From: Turneriella sp.
GTDB taxonomy: Bacteria; Spirochaetota; Leptospiria; Turneriellales; Turneriellaceae
Length of the DNA: 64,000 bases
Assembly (NCBI GenBank): GCA_965279515.1
Contig: CBDIID010000003.1
Coordinates: 2,272,001-2,336,000 of the forward strand
Reading direction: 5' to 3'
The number at the start of each line of letters is the position of its first letter. The stretch's first letter is position 1. Under the pieces are notes generated by a model. The model ran no database searches. It had not been told where the DNA came from and saw only the letters and a list, made by a program, of their open reading frames with translations. Both the position numbers and the translations under genes were made by a program. This document shows positions 38,095 to 47,491 of this stretch, piece by piece.

Positions 38095-39206
38095 GCCTGC
38101 TCGCGCCGCAGCGCGCTGAGCAGCATCCCACACATAATCAGGTAAACCAAGAGGGATGTACCCCCGTTGGATACCAGCGGCAGGTTAATGCCCTTGGTAG
38201 GCAAAAGCCCCATCGTCACGCCGCTGTTGATAATGACCTGAATGATCAGACACAGCAAGAAGCCCGTCGCCATGAGGCGCATGAAATCATCTTTGAGGCG
38301 TGAGGCGAGAATAATGCCGTAGATCGAAATTAAAAAATACGTGCCGATCAGTAAAATCACACCCAGCGCACCCAAGTCTTCGGCAACGATCGCCAGAATG
38401 AAGTCGGTGTGGCGTTCTTGCAGGTGGTGGCGCACCAGCTCTTCGCCCAGACCTTTTCCCGTGAGGCCACCCGCGAGAAAGGCTTTCATTGAAGCCACAA
38501 GCTGAAAGCCGGCGTCGTAACGCGCCTCCCAGGGATCGAGAAAGGCCTTGATACGCGTCAGACGGAATGGTGTTTTAACAATGATATAGGAAACCGCGGC
38601 AACAACGGCAACCAGCGCCATGAGCTGCATCGACAGCGGATACCGCGTAAAAAAAAGCAGGGCACTGCCAACGAGTACGAGATGGATTGCAGTACCCAGA
38701 TCTTGTTCGATGGCGATGAGAAAGGCCGGCACCGCGATGACGAGCAGCGTCATGAGGCTCAGCCTTAAATCCACCTCTTTCGCCTGCGAATAGATGCGGG
38801 CGAGCACCAGCACCAATGCAACCTTGGCAAAGTCTGACGGCTGAATCGAGAGGCCGGCGATAACGATCCAGCGGTTGGCGCCACCCGCGCGCCGGCCGAT
38901 GCCGGGTACAAATACCAGGATGAGCAGAATCACCGCAATGCCGTAGATCGGCCACACGAGATGGCGGTAACGGTCGGGGTCGATCTGCGTCATCGCCAGC
39001 ATACCGAGAAAACCCAGGAAGGCCGCGAAGGCCTGTTTTTTCAGAAAGAAATACGGATCGCTGAACTGCTCGCGCGCCATGAACGACGACGAGGCCAGCA
39101 GAATGTTGAGCCCGAATGCCACAAGCGCAATGATGAGACCGAAAAGAAAAAGATCGGTCGGGTTGACCTGAATACCGTGGCGCGATGAATCCGAAACCTT
39201 GGCCAT
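38091..39206 (-). CDS. ftsW: SEDS family peptidoglycan polymerase, FtsW-like
   Basis: GANRWI, IQPSDFAK, QDLGT, HTDFILA, KGINLPLVSNGGTS. Confidence 0.85.
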   Translation of the reverse strand: MAKVSDSSRHGIQVNPTDLFLFGLIIALVAFGLNILLASSSFMAREQFSDPYFFLKKQAFAAFLGFLGMLAMTQIDPDRYRHLVWPIYGIAVILLILVFVPGIGRRAGGANRWIVIAGLSIQPSDFAKVALVLVLARIYSQAKEVDLRLSLMTLLVIAVPAFLIAIEQDLGTAIHLVLVGSALLFFTRYPLSMQLMALVAVVAAVSYIIVKTPFRLTRIKAFLDPWEARYDAGFQLVASMKAFLAGGLTGKGLGEELVRHHLQERHTDFILAIVAEDLGALGVILLIGTYFLISIYGIILASRLKDDFMRLMATGFLLCLIIQVIINSGVTMGLLPTKGINLPLVSNGGTSLLVYLIMCGMLLSALRREQA

Positions 39207-40310
39207 TTACGCCTGAACTCCCGAGGCAAGCGATTCACCGGCGCGCATTTTAGCTTCGCGTTCGGCGAGAATCAGTGCGCCGATGATGCCGTCGAGTTTG
39301 CCGTCCATCACCTGGTCCAGGTTGTGCGAAGTGAAATTGATGCGGTGGTCGGTGACGCGGTTCTGAGGAAAGTTATAGGTGCGAATCTTCTCGCTGCGAT
39401 CGCCCGAACCGACTTGCGCCTTTTTCTCGGTGGCATATTTTTCTGCCGCTTCAGAGCGCTGCTTTTCGACGAGCTTTGACATGAGGGCCTTCATAGCCTT
39501 CGCGCGGTTCTTGATCTGCGATTTTTCTTCCTGGCAGCCGACGACGATGCCGCTGGGCAAGTGTGTGATGCGCACCGCAGACTCGGTCTTATTGACGTGC
39601 TGGCCGCCGGCGCCTGACGAACGGAAGACGTCGATGCGCAGGTCATTCGGGTTGATAGTGATTTCGTCTTCGTCGGCTTCGGGGATCACGGAGACGGTAA
39701 CCGCAGAGGTATGGATGCGCCCGTTGGCCTCGGTGGCCGGTATACGCTGCACGCGGTGTGTGCCCGCCTCGAGATGCAGCATATCATAGGCACTCGTGCC
39801 GCTGACGTAGATGATGGCTTCTTTCAGGCCGCCGACGCCGGTTTCGCTGAGATCCTGTATTTCATACTTCACGCCCTCGGCGTCGAGATAGCGCGTGTAC
39901 ATACGGAACAGGTCGCGCACAAAGAGGCCCGCCTCATCGCCACCCGTACCCGCGCGTATTTCGAGATAGATATTCTTACCCGAGTCGGCATCCTTCGGAA
40001 TCAGCTCGACCTGCAACTCTTCGGAAAGCTTTGCAAAACGCTCTCTGAGATCGGAAAGTTCGGCGGCGAGGATGGATTTCATTTCCGCGTCTTTTTCAGC
40101 CAGCCAGCCGGTCTCGCACTCCGCGGTCTGGGTTTTCAGCGACAGCCAGGTCTCGGCGAGTTCCGCGGTTTTCATGAGCCGCGCGCGTTCGCGCGAAAGC
40201 TCTGTCAGGCGCTTGTTATCGGCGGCGACCTGCGGGTCGGCCATGCGCTCTTCAATCGCACGGAAGCTCGAGACAATCGCGCGCAGGTTGTTTTCGTTTA
40301 ATTCTGCCAT
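39207..40310 (-). CDS. prfA: Peptide chain release factor 1
   Basis: EIRAGTGGDEA, HRVQRIPATE (PxT motif of RF1), GGQHVN, IRTYNFPQNRVTDHRI; ATG at 40310 because the longer ORF overlaps the tRNA. Confidence 0.95.
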   Translation of the reverse strand: MAELNENNLRAIVSSFRAIEERMADPQVAADNKRLTELSRERARLMKTAELAETWLSLKTQTAECETGWLAEKDAEMKSILAAELSDLRERFAKLSEELQVELIPKDADSGKNIYLEIRAGTGGDEAGLFVRDLFRMYTRYLDAEGVKYEIQDLSETGVGGLKEAIIYVSGTSAYDMLHLEAGTHRVQRIPATEANGRIHTSAVTVSVIPEADEDEITINPNDLRIDVFRSSGAGGQHVNKTESAVRITHLPSGIVVGCQEEKSQIKNRAKAMKALMSKLVEKQRSEAAEKYATEKKAQVGSGDRSEKIRTYNFPQNRVTDHRINFTSHNLDQVMDGKLDGIIGALILAEREAKMRAGESLASGVQA

Positions 40311-40319
40311 AACGGTATT

Positions 40320-40392
40320 TGCTCCCACCCGGAGTCGAACTGGGGTCTTCGCCTTAGGAGGGCGCTGCTCTATCCATCTGAGCTATAGGAGC
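40320..40392 (-). tRNA. tRNA-Arg (anticodon CCT), CCA not encoded
   Basis: Cloverleaf: acceptor GCTCCTA/TGGGAGC, D stem GCTC/GAGC, anticodon loop CTCCTAA, T loop TTCGACT. Confidence 0.9.
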
Positions 40393-40401
40393 CGTAGGCT
40401 G

Positions 40402-41091
40402 CTATAGCTCTCCTTGAGCGCTATAGGAGCGTGCACTCAAAACGGATAAAAGAGAGCCGCGGACAATCATATATTGAATCACTGAAGCTAAGGCTTTTCC
40501 GCGGTGACTGTCGCTTATCTTCTCTGCAACATCCGTTTCACCCCATGTGGGCCCACCCAAGACCGGGCAGAAAATCGGGTCGTAACCGAAACCCTTAGTA
40601 CCTCTTGCCTGTTCGGCGACATAGCCATCCTTGCGGCCAAAAAAGAAAGTGGGATCTCCCCCGGCGTCGATGAGCACCATACAGGCGACAAATCGGGCCC
40701 GACGCTTTTCCGGGGGCATGCCCTCTAACGCCGTCAGAATTTTTGCACAGCGCGTTTTGTCGTCCGGCGCAAAACGCGCCGAATAGACGCCCGGGGCGCC
40801 CGCCAATGCCTCGACCTCAAAACCCGAATCTTCGGCCAATACCCACGGATGGATTTGGGCCGACGCCGGCACGGAATGCGTCTTTGCGTCGGCCAGCGGC
40901 ATAAGAGCCTTCGCCTTAATCAGTGCATTGGCGGAATACGTCGTACCCGTTTCTTCGGCGCTGTAGGCGGCGCGTTTTTCCGCACTGAGATCTGCGACCG
41001 ACAGCACCTCGGTTTCAGGCAAAGCCGCGGAAATAATCGCGCGCATTTCGCGGATCTTACCGGCATTCTCGGTGGCGATATAGATTCTCAT
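40402..41091 (-). CDS. rdgB: RdgB/HAM1 non-canonical purine NTP pyrophosphatase
   Basis: IATENAGKIRE, EDSG, GAPGVYSARF, GFGYDPIF, SHRGKAL. Confidence 0.9.
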   Translation of the reverse strand: MRIYIATENAGKIREMRAIISAALPETEVLSVADLSAEKRAAYSAEETGTTYSANALIKAKALMPLADAKTHSVPASAQIHPWVLAEDSGFEVEALAGAPGVYSARFAPDDKTRCAKILTALEGMPPEKRRARFVACMVLIDAGGDPTFFFGRKDGYVAEQARGTKGFGYDPIFCPVLGGPTWGETDVAEKISDSHRGKALASVIQYMIVRGSLLSVLSARSYSAQGEL

Positions 41092-41825
41092 GGCTCGCCA
41101 CCGATGCGCATACTGTATACCGAACCGTCGCGCAGCATTTTATCCGCCGCGCGCGCGCCCGGGAAAAGTTTTTCGAGATATGCCCAGTAACTTTTCGAAT
41201 GGTTCTTATGTTTTGTGTGTGCGAGCTCGTGGCAGATGACATAGTCGATCAGCCGTTGCGGTGCAAACAACAGGCGGCCATTCAGCATGATGCGGTCATC
41301 GTGCGTGCAATAGCCGAGCCGCGATTTCTGCACGCGCACAAAGAATTCTTTGACGCGAATGCCATGCAGTTCGGCCCAATAGCGCGCGCGCTCCAAGAGC
41401 GCCGGCGTGCCGAACTTGACCATCTGCGCCAGCAGGTATTTCTCAAGATGAGTATAGAGCTTTTCCGTGTTTTCGGGTAAAAAGAATTCCGGCGCGAGAT
41501 GAAACGTGGATTTTCTTTCTTTATTCTTGCGATCAACCCGGTACTGGGGGTACTTCAGCGCCGGGTCAGCCAGTACGGTGAGCGCATAATGCGCCGTCTG
41601 AATCTGCGCCCCTTCGGGAACGGTACGCCCACCGCTTTGACGGTCGGCGCGCTGCCTCACCTTTTCCATCCATGCGCGGCGCGAAGTGAGAAATTCGCGG
41701 ATCCAGCCTTCGGGCGAGCCGTCGGGAACAGAGAGCACAAAACGACCTTGCGGCGTATACTTCAGCAGCGCGGTGCGCCGCCGCGTACGCGAATAAATCA
41801 CATCGACGTCGAGATCAGTCGTCAT
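41088..41825 (-). CDS. YgjP/DUF45 family zinc metallo-hydrolase
   Basis: QKSRLGYC, IDYVICHELAH, NHSKSYW; ATG 41825 chosen. Confidence 0.85.
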   Translation of the reverse strand: MTTDLDVDVIYSRTRRRTALLKYTPQGRFVLSVPDGSPEGWIREFLTSRRAWMEKVRQRADRQSGGRTVPEGAQIQTAHYALTVLADPALKYPQYRVDRKNKERKSTFHLAPEFFLPENTEKLYTHLEKYLLAQMVKFGTPALLERARYWAELHGIRVKEFFVRVQKSRLGYCTHDDRIMLNGRLLFAPQRLIDYVICHELAHTKHKNHSKSYWAYLEKLFPGARAADKMLRDGSVYSMRIGGEP

Positions 41826-42648
41826 GCGCCAAAATAAATATGCGGTCGAGAAAATCCTTATCCTGGATCTTCTTGCCAAGAATATGCTGTATATAACGCC
41901 GGGTATAACGCTTCGAAAAATGCGTCAGCACAATTCTATCATTCTGGAAAAGTTCTTTATGCGCGATGATTTCGTCGAGATGAATATGCCCCCACTCCCT
42001 CGCGCGCGCCACCGGCCGCTTGTCGTCGATGTACGTGCATTCGATAAAAAGCACGGTCGCCTGCCGCGCCTCTTCGTTGTCGCTGAGAAACTCGATCGTC
42101 GTATCACCCGAAAAAGCAAATACAGGAATATCGCGGTCTTCGAAGATGTCATCGCCGCGGTCCTTCATGCGTTTGATCTCGCGCCCCGGCGTATTCAAAA
42201 ATTCATCTTTGAGTTTGCGGCTCTTGCGCAGTACAGCGTAGCCGCGGCAGGGAACGCGGTGGTGCGACTTCAACGCTAAGACGCGTAAATCTTTTCGCAG
42301 CGTGACTTCGTCGCCGGGAACCATCCCATGGAGCTTGATCTCGTATTCGAAACCTTCTATTTTCTGCCACAGTTTCAGAATCTGCGTCAGCGGTTCGACA
42401 ATTTCAACCGGGCAATGGATGTCGGGTGGCGGCAAATGCTTGAGGCTACGCTGGCTGATATAATAGGGTAAACCCGCCGAATGGTCTAGGTGGCCATGCG
42501 TCAGAAAGATGCGCGGAATTTCGACCAGCGCATCGGGACAGCGGCCTGTATCGAAGGCAACCTGGAAGTTGGAGAGTATATAACAGGTCTCGATGCCGCC
42601 ACGGCCGATCGCATCGACCTTGATATCCTTGTGGTTGAATTCAATCAC
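41815..42648 (-). CDS. MBL-fold hydrolase, short RNase Z-like
   Basis: THGHLDH, SHHRVP, RKLKDEF exosite-like arm, FSGDT, ECTY, THFSKRY. Confidence 0.8.
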   Translation of the reverse strand: MIEFNHKDIKVDAIGRGGIETCYILSNFQVAFDTGRCPDALVEIPRIFLTHGHLDHSAGLPYYISQRSLKHLPPPDIHCPVEIVEPLTQILKLWQKIEGFEYEIKLHGMVPGDEVTLRKDLRVLALKSHHRVPCRGYAVLRKSRKLKDEFLNTPGREIKRMKDRGDDIFEDRDIPVFAFSGDTTIEFLSDNEEARQATVLFIECTYIDDKRPVARAREWGHIHLDEIIAHKELFQNDRIVLTHFSKRYTRRYIQHILGKKIQDKDFLDRIFILAHDD

Positions 42649-42673
42649 TTCGGCCGCGCCCAGTGACCGGTGC

Positions 42674-43450
42674 TCATAGAGGCGCCAGGAACGGTAGATT
42701 CACCTGGAGATTCCGCTTGTGGATGTGGATGGCTACCTTGCACTCGAGTTTTTCCGGCTTGGTGAAAATTTCCTGCACGATTTCGTAACGGAATTTCTTC
42801 TTCTGCATCGCGGTATCGAGATTTTTCGCGATCTCTGCCGATTCGGCCACGTAATAATCGCGCGGCGGAAAATAGCGGGCGTCAAGCGACGTTAGGGCCA
42901 GTCCCTCGCGTGGTATCGTCGCCCCGTGCAGCAACTTCATCTGCATCGCTTCGGAAATCAGCCAGCGGTAGAGACCTAAAATACGCGCATTGAGGCAGGC
43001 ATTGTCAAATAACACGCGTTTGATTTCCATCGGCGCACGAATCTTCTCGTCGATGAGCGCCAGGTTGATCTCTTGCGGGTTGAGCTGATTGGCTTCAGCC
43101 ACGAGAATATCACCCAGCGGAAAACCGGTCGTCGGTTTACGCTGTTTGAGAAGATTCTGCTGTTGCTGATTAAATTCGGTAAACGCTTCGTGATCGAAAG
43201 CCTCGCTGATGCTGCTTGGGAGCAGCGTGGTTTTCAGGTCAAACGGCTTGGCAAGGTCGAGCGCACGGCCATAACTGACAATCTGGTAGGTCGCGGGATC
43301 GAGAAAACCTTCTTGCAGGCGGTCGACGGGCGACAGGTAGGTAATCTGCGCTGGTTTTTGAAAACAGGCTGTGGCAAGCAGAAATACGCTACCGATACCG
43401 GCCTGGCGGAGAGCAGAAATTACATGGATTCGACGCTGCGCATGATACAT
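42674..43450 (-). CDS. Hypothetical putative lipoprotein
   Basis: Long ORF with LLATAC lipobox-like motif; start uncertain. Confidence 0.6.
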   Translation of the reverse strand: MYHAQRRIHVISALRQAGIGSVFLLATACFQKPAQITYLSPVDRLQEGFLDPATYQIVSYGRALDLAKPFDLKTTLLPSSISEAFDHEAFTEFNQQQQNLLKQRKPTTGFPLGDILVAEANQLNPQEINLALIDEKIRAPMEIKRVLFDNACLNARILGLYRWLISEAMQMKLLHGATIPREGLALTSLDARYFPPRDYYVAESAEIAKNLDTAMQKKKFRYEIVQEIFTKPEKLECKVAIHIHKRNLQVNLPFLAPL

Positions 43451-43574
43451 GCGACATAACTCCGCACGGGCTTCGCTCAGGCTGACAAGCCGAAAATCCA
43501 AAGCGGCTTTTTGCTTGACCCAAAAACTTTTCTGTCGACTCTGCACTCTCTAAATTTTATCTGAAGGGGATCTT

Positions 43575-45512
43575 ATGGAATACGTCAAGCTCAATGTCAA
43601 AACTTTTGTCGACGCGGTCGAACAATCATTCAAAAAAAATGGCAGCCGTCTGGCTGTGCGCTACCGGCAGGGGGGTGAAGAGTTTAAAACGCTGACTTAC
43701 TCCGAACTTGAAAAAAGCGTGCGCCTTGTCGCTGCGGGCCTGGCCGCAATCGGCCTCAAACCCAAAGACCATGTCGGCCTGATTGCCGATGTCAGCCACT
43801 ACTGGATCACGGCAAACCTCGCTATCCAGCTGAATGGTGCGGCGGATGTACCCCGCGGTACAGACTCTACGGGCCCTGAAATCGCTTTTATTCTCGACCA
43901 CTCCGGTTCCAGCATCGTTTTTGTGCATAACGCCGAGCAAGTCAAGAAGATCGAAGCGGGTCTCAAAAAATTTAAACACAAAGTGAAAAAATATATCGTC
44001 CTCAACGACGAAAAAACCGCGAAAGGCTCAAACGTCATGACACTTTCTGACCTGAAAGCCGAAGGTGAAAAGCTCATGAAAAAGGGCGGCAAGGCCGTTG
44101 CCGACTTTGAATCGCGCGCGGGTAAAGTTACCCCCACCGATCTTTCGGGTATTATTTACACATCGGGAACAACCGGTGAACCCAAGGGTGTCATGCTCAG
44201 CCACGGCAACTTTGCTTCGCAGATGCGCGTCATCCCCGAGATTCTTAAAATCGGCCCGTCTGACAGTGGCCTGACGCTGCTGCCGCCATGGCACGTTTTC
44301 GGGCGCATCACCGAAATGATGTTCTTCGCCATCGGTGCATCCGTCACATACACCGACATCAAACACATCGGCGAAGACATGCGCTCGATCAAACCAACCT
44401 ATGTACCGGCCGTGCCGCGCATCTGGGAAGGTGTTTACAACAAGATCATCGGCAATGTCAAGAAGCAGGGCAAAGAACCGATCTTCAATAAGTTCAAGGC
44501 AGCTGCGCTGAAGTATAACCACTTCACATCGATGCTCACCAACAAGGAGAAGCGTCCGCTGAAACGTTCGTTCGTCTCTTCGCTGATCGCACGCCTCGTC
44601 GGCCTTTTGGGAGCGATTGTCTGGTTTATCCCGAAAAAACTCGGTGATATTCTCGTCTTCAAGAAAGTGCTCGCAGCGACCGGCGGTCGCCTCAAAGCCT
44701 CGCTCTCCGGCGGCGGAGCCCTGCCGTCGTATATCGACGATTTCTTCCGCGCGATTGGTGTACGCATTCTCGAAGGTTATGGTCTGACAGAAACGTCACC
44801 TGTGCTTTCGGTGCGCCAACCCGACCGCGTGATTCCCGGTACCGTGGGCCCGTTGATTGCCGGTACAGAGTATAAGCTCATCGATCTCGAAGGCCGCGAT
44901 GTCACGAAGATTCCAGGTGCGAAAGGGACGATCCATGTGCGTGGCCCACAGGTCATGCAAGGCTATTACAAGAACCCGAAAAAAACCGCAGATGTACTCA
45001 CCCCCGATGGCTGGTTTAACACCGGCGACCTCGTCGTCATGAACCATTCGGGTGAAGTTTCCATCGTCGGCCGCAGCAAGGATACCCTGGTTCTCGTTGG
45101 TGGTGAAAACGTCGAACCGACACCGATTGAAGAGAAACTGAAAGAAAGCTCGTTCGTCGACCATGTCATGCTGGTATCGCGTGCCTTCGGCGAAGACCAG
45201 AAGGTGCTGGGCGCCCTGATTGTGCCCAATGCGGAAAATCTCGCTGACTGGTGCAAAAAGAACGGTGTCAGCGGTGATCTGGCTACGTGGGTGAGAGAGC
45301 CGAAGGTGCATGCAATGTACCGGTCCGAGATCAACAAGTACATCAATGCTGAGAACGGCTTTAAGAACTTTGAGAAAATTGGCGCTTTCGCCCTGCTGAA
45401 AAAACCTTTCGAACCTGGCGATGAACTAAACAACACACTCAAAGTACGCCGCCACATTGTCTCGGAGAAATACGACAAGTTGATCGACGAGATGTACGAC
45501 GCGGCGAAGTGA
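43575..45512 (+). CDS. fadD: Long-chain fatty-acid-CoA ligase
   Basis: YTSGTTGEPKG, EGYGLTET, GWFNTGDL, GRSKD; RBS GAAGGGG. Confidence 0.9.
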   Translation: MEYVKLNVKTFVDAVEQSFKKNGSRLAVRYRQGGEEFKTLTYSELEKSVRLVAAGLAAIGLKPKDHVGLIADVSHYWITANLAIQLNGAADVPRGTDSTGPEIAFILDHSGSSIVFVHNAEQVKKIEAGLKKFKHKVKKYIVLNDEKTAKGSNVMTLSDLKAEGEKLMKKGGKAVADFESRAGKVTPTDLSGIIYTSGTTGEPKGVMLSHGNFASQMRVIPEILKIGPSDSGLTLLPPWHVFGRITEMMFFAIGASVTYTDIKHIGEDMRSIKPTYVPAVPRIWEGVYNKIIGNVKKQGKEPIFNKFKAAALKYNHFTSMLTNKEKRPLKRSFVSSLIARLVGLLGAIVWFIPKKLGDILVFKKVLAATGGRLKASLSGGGALPSYIDDFFRAIGVRILEGYGLTETSPVLSVRQPDRVIPGTVGPLIAGTEYKLIDLEGRDVTKIPGAKGTIHVRGPQVMQGYYKNPKKTADVLTPDGWFNTGDLVVMNHSGEVSIVGRSKDTLVLVGGENVEPTPIEEKLKESSFVDHVMLVSRAFGEDQKVLGALIVPNAENLADWCKKNGVSGDLATWVREPKVHAMYRSEINKYINAENGFKNFEKIGAFALLKKPFEPGDELNNTLKVRRHIVSEKYDKLIDEMYDAAK

Positions 45513-45520
45513 CGCCGATA

Positions 45521-45613
45521 CCCGCATCCCCTACCCTTCTCCCGGAGGGAGAAGAGAGAAAAAAGTGTCTTACTCCCCCTCTCCCCCTGGGAGAGGGGGT
45601 TGGGGGGTGAGGG
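45521..45613. repeat. C/G-rich two-hairpin REP-like element
   Basis: Stems CTTCTCCC/GGGAGAAG and CCCCCTCTCCC/GGGAGAGGGGG; ends GGGGGGTGAGGG. Confidence 0.7.
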
Positions 45614-45616
45614 CCC

Positions 45617-47491
45617 ATGCTAACCTCCATCATCATCGATCGCGTTGGTAATACCAATGTTTTCAACGTCGTCCAGGAAAGTGGAGTCGGCAACCCTGCC
45701 CTCAAAGCCAATGAACGCCTGCAGTCAGTTATCGACGATGACCTCATCGGCGAATATCTCGAGGAGCTGGGGCGGATCGCCAACATTTCACGTTCGCTCT
45801 CTTCGTTGCCACGCGGCAGCGAAGAGCACCAGGCGCTGATCTTCCAGCACCTGAACCTTAGCCACAAGCTGCGCGAAATCGGCGAAGCGCTTTTTAAGCA
45901 GTTTTTTCCAGCGCCGCTGCAGGAATTTATCCGCGATTCGCAGCAGAGCTACCTGTACTTTCACGTCGACGCTGCCCTCGCCTCGTTGCCACTGGAAATT
46001 CTACACGACGGCTCGGCCTTTCTCTGGGAAAAATTCTATGTCGGCAAGGCCATCAAAGGACAGGATATCTCACTCAGCGACTTCCATCCGCGCGAGATCA
46101 TCAACATGCTCATCATCGCCGACCCGCGCGAAGATTTAGACTGGGCGCGGCGCGAGGGCGAGATGCTGTTCGAACACTTGGGCGCTTTCGTCAGCCCCAA
46201 AAAGATCAACCTGACACTCATCGGTGGCAAAACCGTAACCAAGCTCAACATTCTGAACGCCATTCTCGATAAAGACATCATCCACTACGCAGGCCACCTG
46301 CACTACAGCGGCAACCCCGATGAAAACGGCTGGTTGCTGTCAGACGGCAAGATTCTGTATGCGCGCGAATTTAAGATGAGCGGCGCGCAACCCAAACTGA
46401 TTTTTTGCAATTCATGCCTCAGCGCCCGCGCCGACCAGCATGTCGCCGATGCCTCGTGGTATGCGCATTTTGCTGCGGCGTTCATCCGCGCGGGGCGCAC
46501 GAGTTATGTCGGCACCAACTGGGAACTACCCGACCGGCAACCGACACTCGAGTTTACCACACAGTTCTACGACCACATCTTCCAGGGGAAATCGCTCGGC
46601 GAATCTTTGCAGCAAAGCCGCTCACATGCGCGTGAACATTTCTCGCTGAACGACCTGACCTGGGCATCGTACCTGCTGATGGGCAACCCGATGCAAACGG
46701 TCTTCCGCGCTGATTCGCTTCTGCCCGACGTCACGCGCAACATGCTCGAGGCCGAAGATGTCATCGCGCATTACCCCTACCCGATCGCCGAGGCATTCGA
46801 GAAGTTTCATAAAATCTTTGTTGCTAAAAGTGAAAAGGGCCAAAGCGGCGGCGAAGAGAGTCTCAAAGCGCTGTTCTATCTCTTTTCACAATGCCTGTTT
46901 TTCCTCACGGGATTGGTGCTCTCGAATTACCGGATCTTTAACTTTCCGAAGCCGATCGCGTTTCCGTTTCCCAATGTCGACAAATCACTCGCCGCACTGT
47001 TTTCGGCGCTCGGTGCGATACGCGCCATCAAGGCGCACCCGCTGGCTGTGAACCTGCTGGAAACGCTCTATGTCCATAAGGAAAACCTCGAAAAGATCGC
47101 CAACCTGCGCAAAAAATATCGTGGTGGCGCCGTCAAAGAGGCGGATTTTGAAACCTACACCATCACCGTACAATACCTCATGGAAGCGCTGCTCATCGAT
47201 CTCGACTTTTTGCGCCACTACGGCTTCTACCTGATCGTTGAACCCGGCCACCGCCAGCTGAGCTTCCACGGCGTTGAAACCCACCACACCCACCGCGATA
47301 TCATTCTACCAACGCAGGCCAATGCCATGACCTATACCGAGCTGCTCGAAAAAACCTCATACCTCGTCGGCCGCTGCGTATTTTATTCTCCGGTGAAAAA
47401 AACATTTCTCGATCTCTCGCCCTTTATGCGCATCAGCGCCGACGACGACGGCTCGTACGAATTTACTTTTACAAAGACGAAAGCAACGTAG
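45617..47491 (+). CDS. CHAT-domain (caspase-like) protease
   Basis: LASLPLEILHD, IIHYAGH, IFCNSC, AFIRAG, YVGTNW, TWASYLLMG. Confidence 0.88.
   Translation: MLTSIIIDRVGNTNVFNVVQESGVGNPALKANERLQSVIDDDLIGEYLEELGRIANISRSLSSLPRGSEEHQALIFQHLNLSHKLREIGEALFKQFFPAPLQEFIRDSQQSYLYFHVDAALASLPLEILHDGSAFLWEKFYVGKAIKGQDISLSDFHPREIINMLIIADPREDLDWARREGEMLFEHLGAFVSPKKINLTLIGGKTVTKLNILNAILDKDIIHYAGHLHYSGNPDENGWLLSDGKILYAREFKMSGAQPKLIFCNSCLSARADQHVADASWYAHFAAAFIRAGRTSYVGTNWELPDRQPTLEFTTQFYDHIFQGKSLGESLQQSRSHAREHFSLNDLTWASYLLMGNPMQTVFRADSLLPDVTRNMLEAEDVIAHYPYPIAEAFEKFHKIFVAKSEKGQSGGEESLKALFYLFSQCLFFLTGLVLSNYRIFNFPKPIAFPFPNVDKSLAALFSALGAIRAIKAHPLAVNLLETLYVHKENLEKIANLRKKYRGGAVKEADFETYTITVQYLMEALLIDLDFLRHYGFYLIVEPGHRQLSFHGVETHHTHRDIILPTQANAMTYTELLEKTSYLVGRCVFYSPVKKTFLDLSPFMRISADDDGSYEFTFTKTKAT

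Noticed and set aside
40320..40392. tRNA as integration site of a genomic island
   Set aside because: No integrase and no duplicated tRNA 3' end in the window; flanking genes are housekeeping
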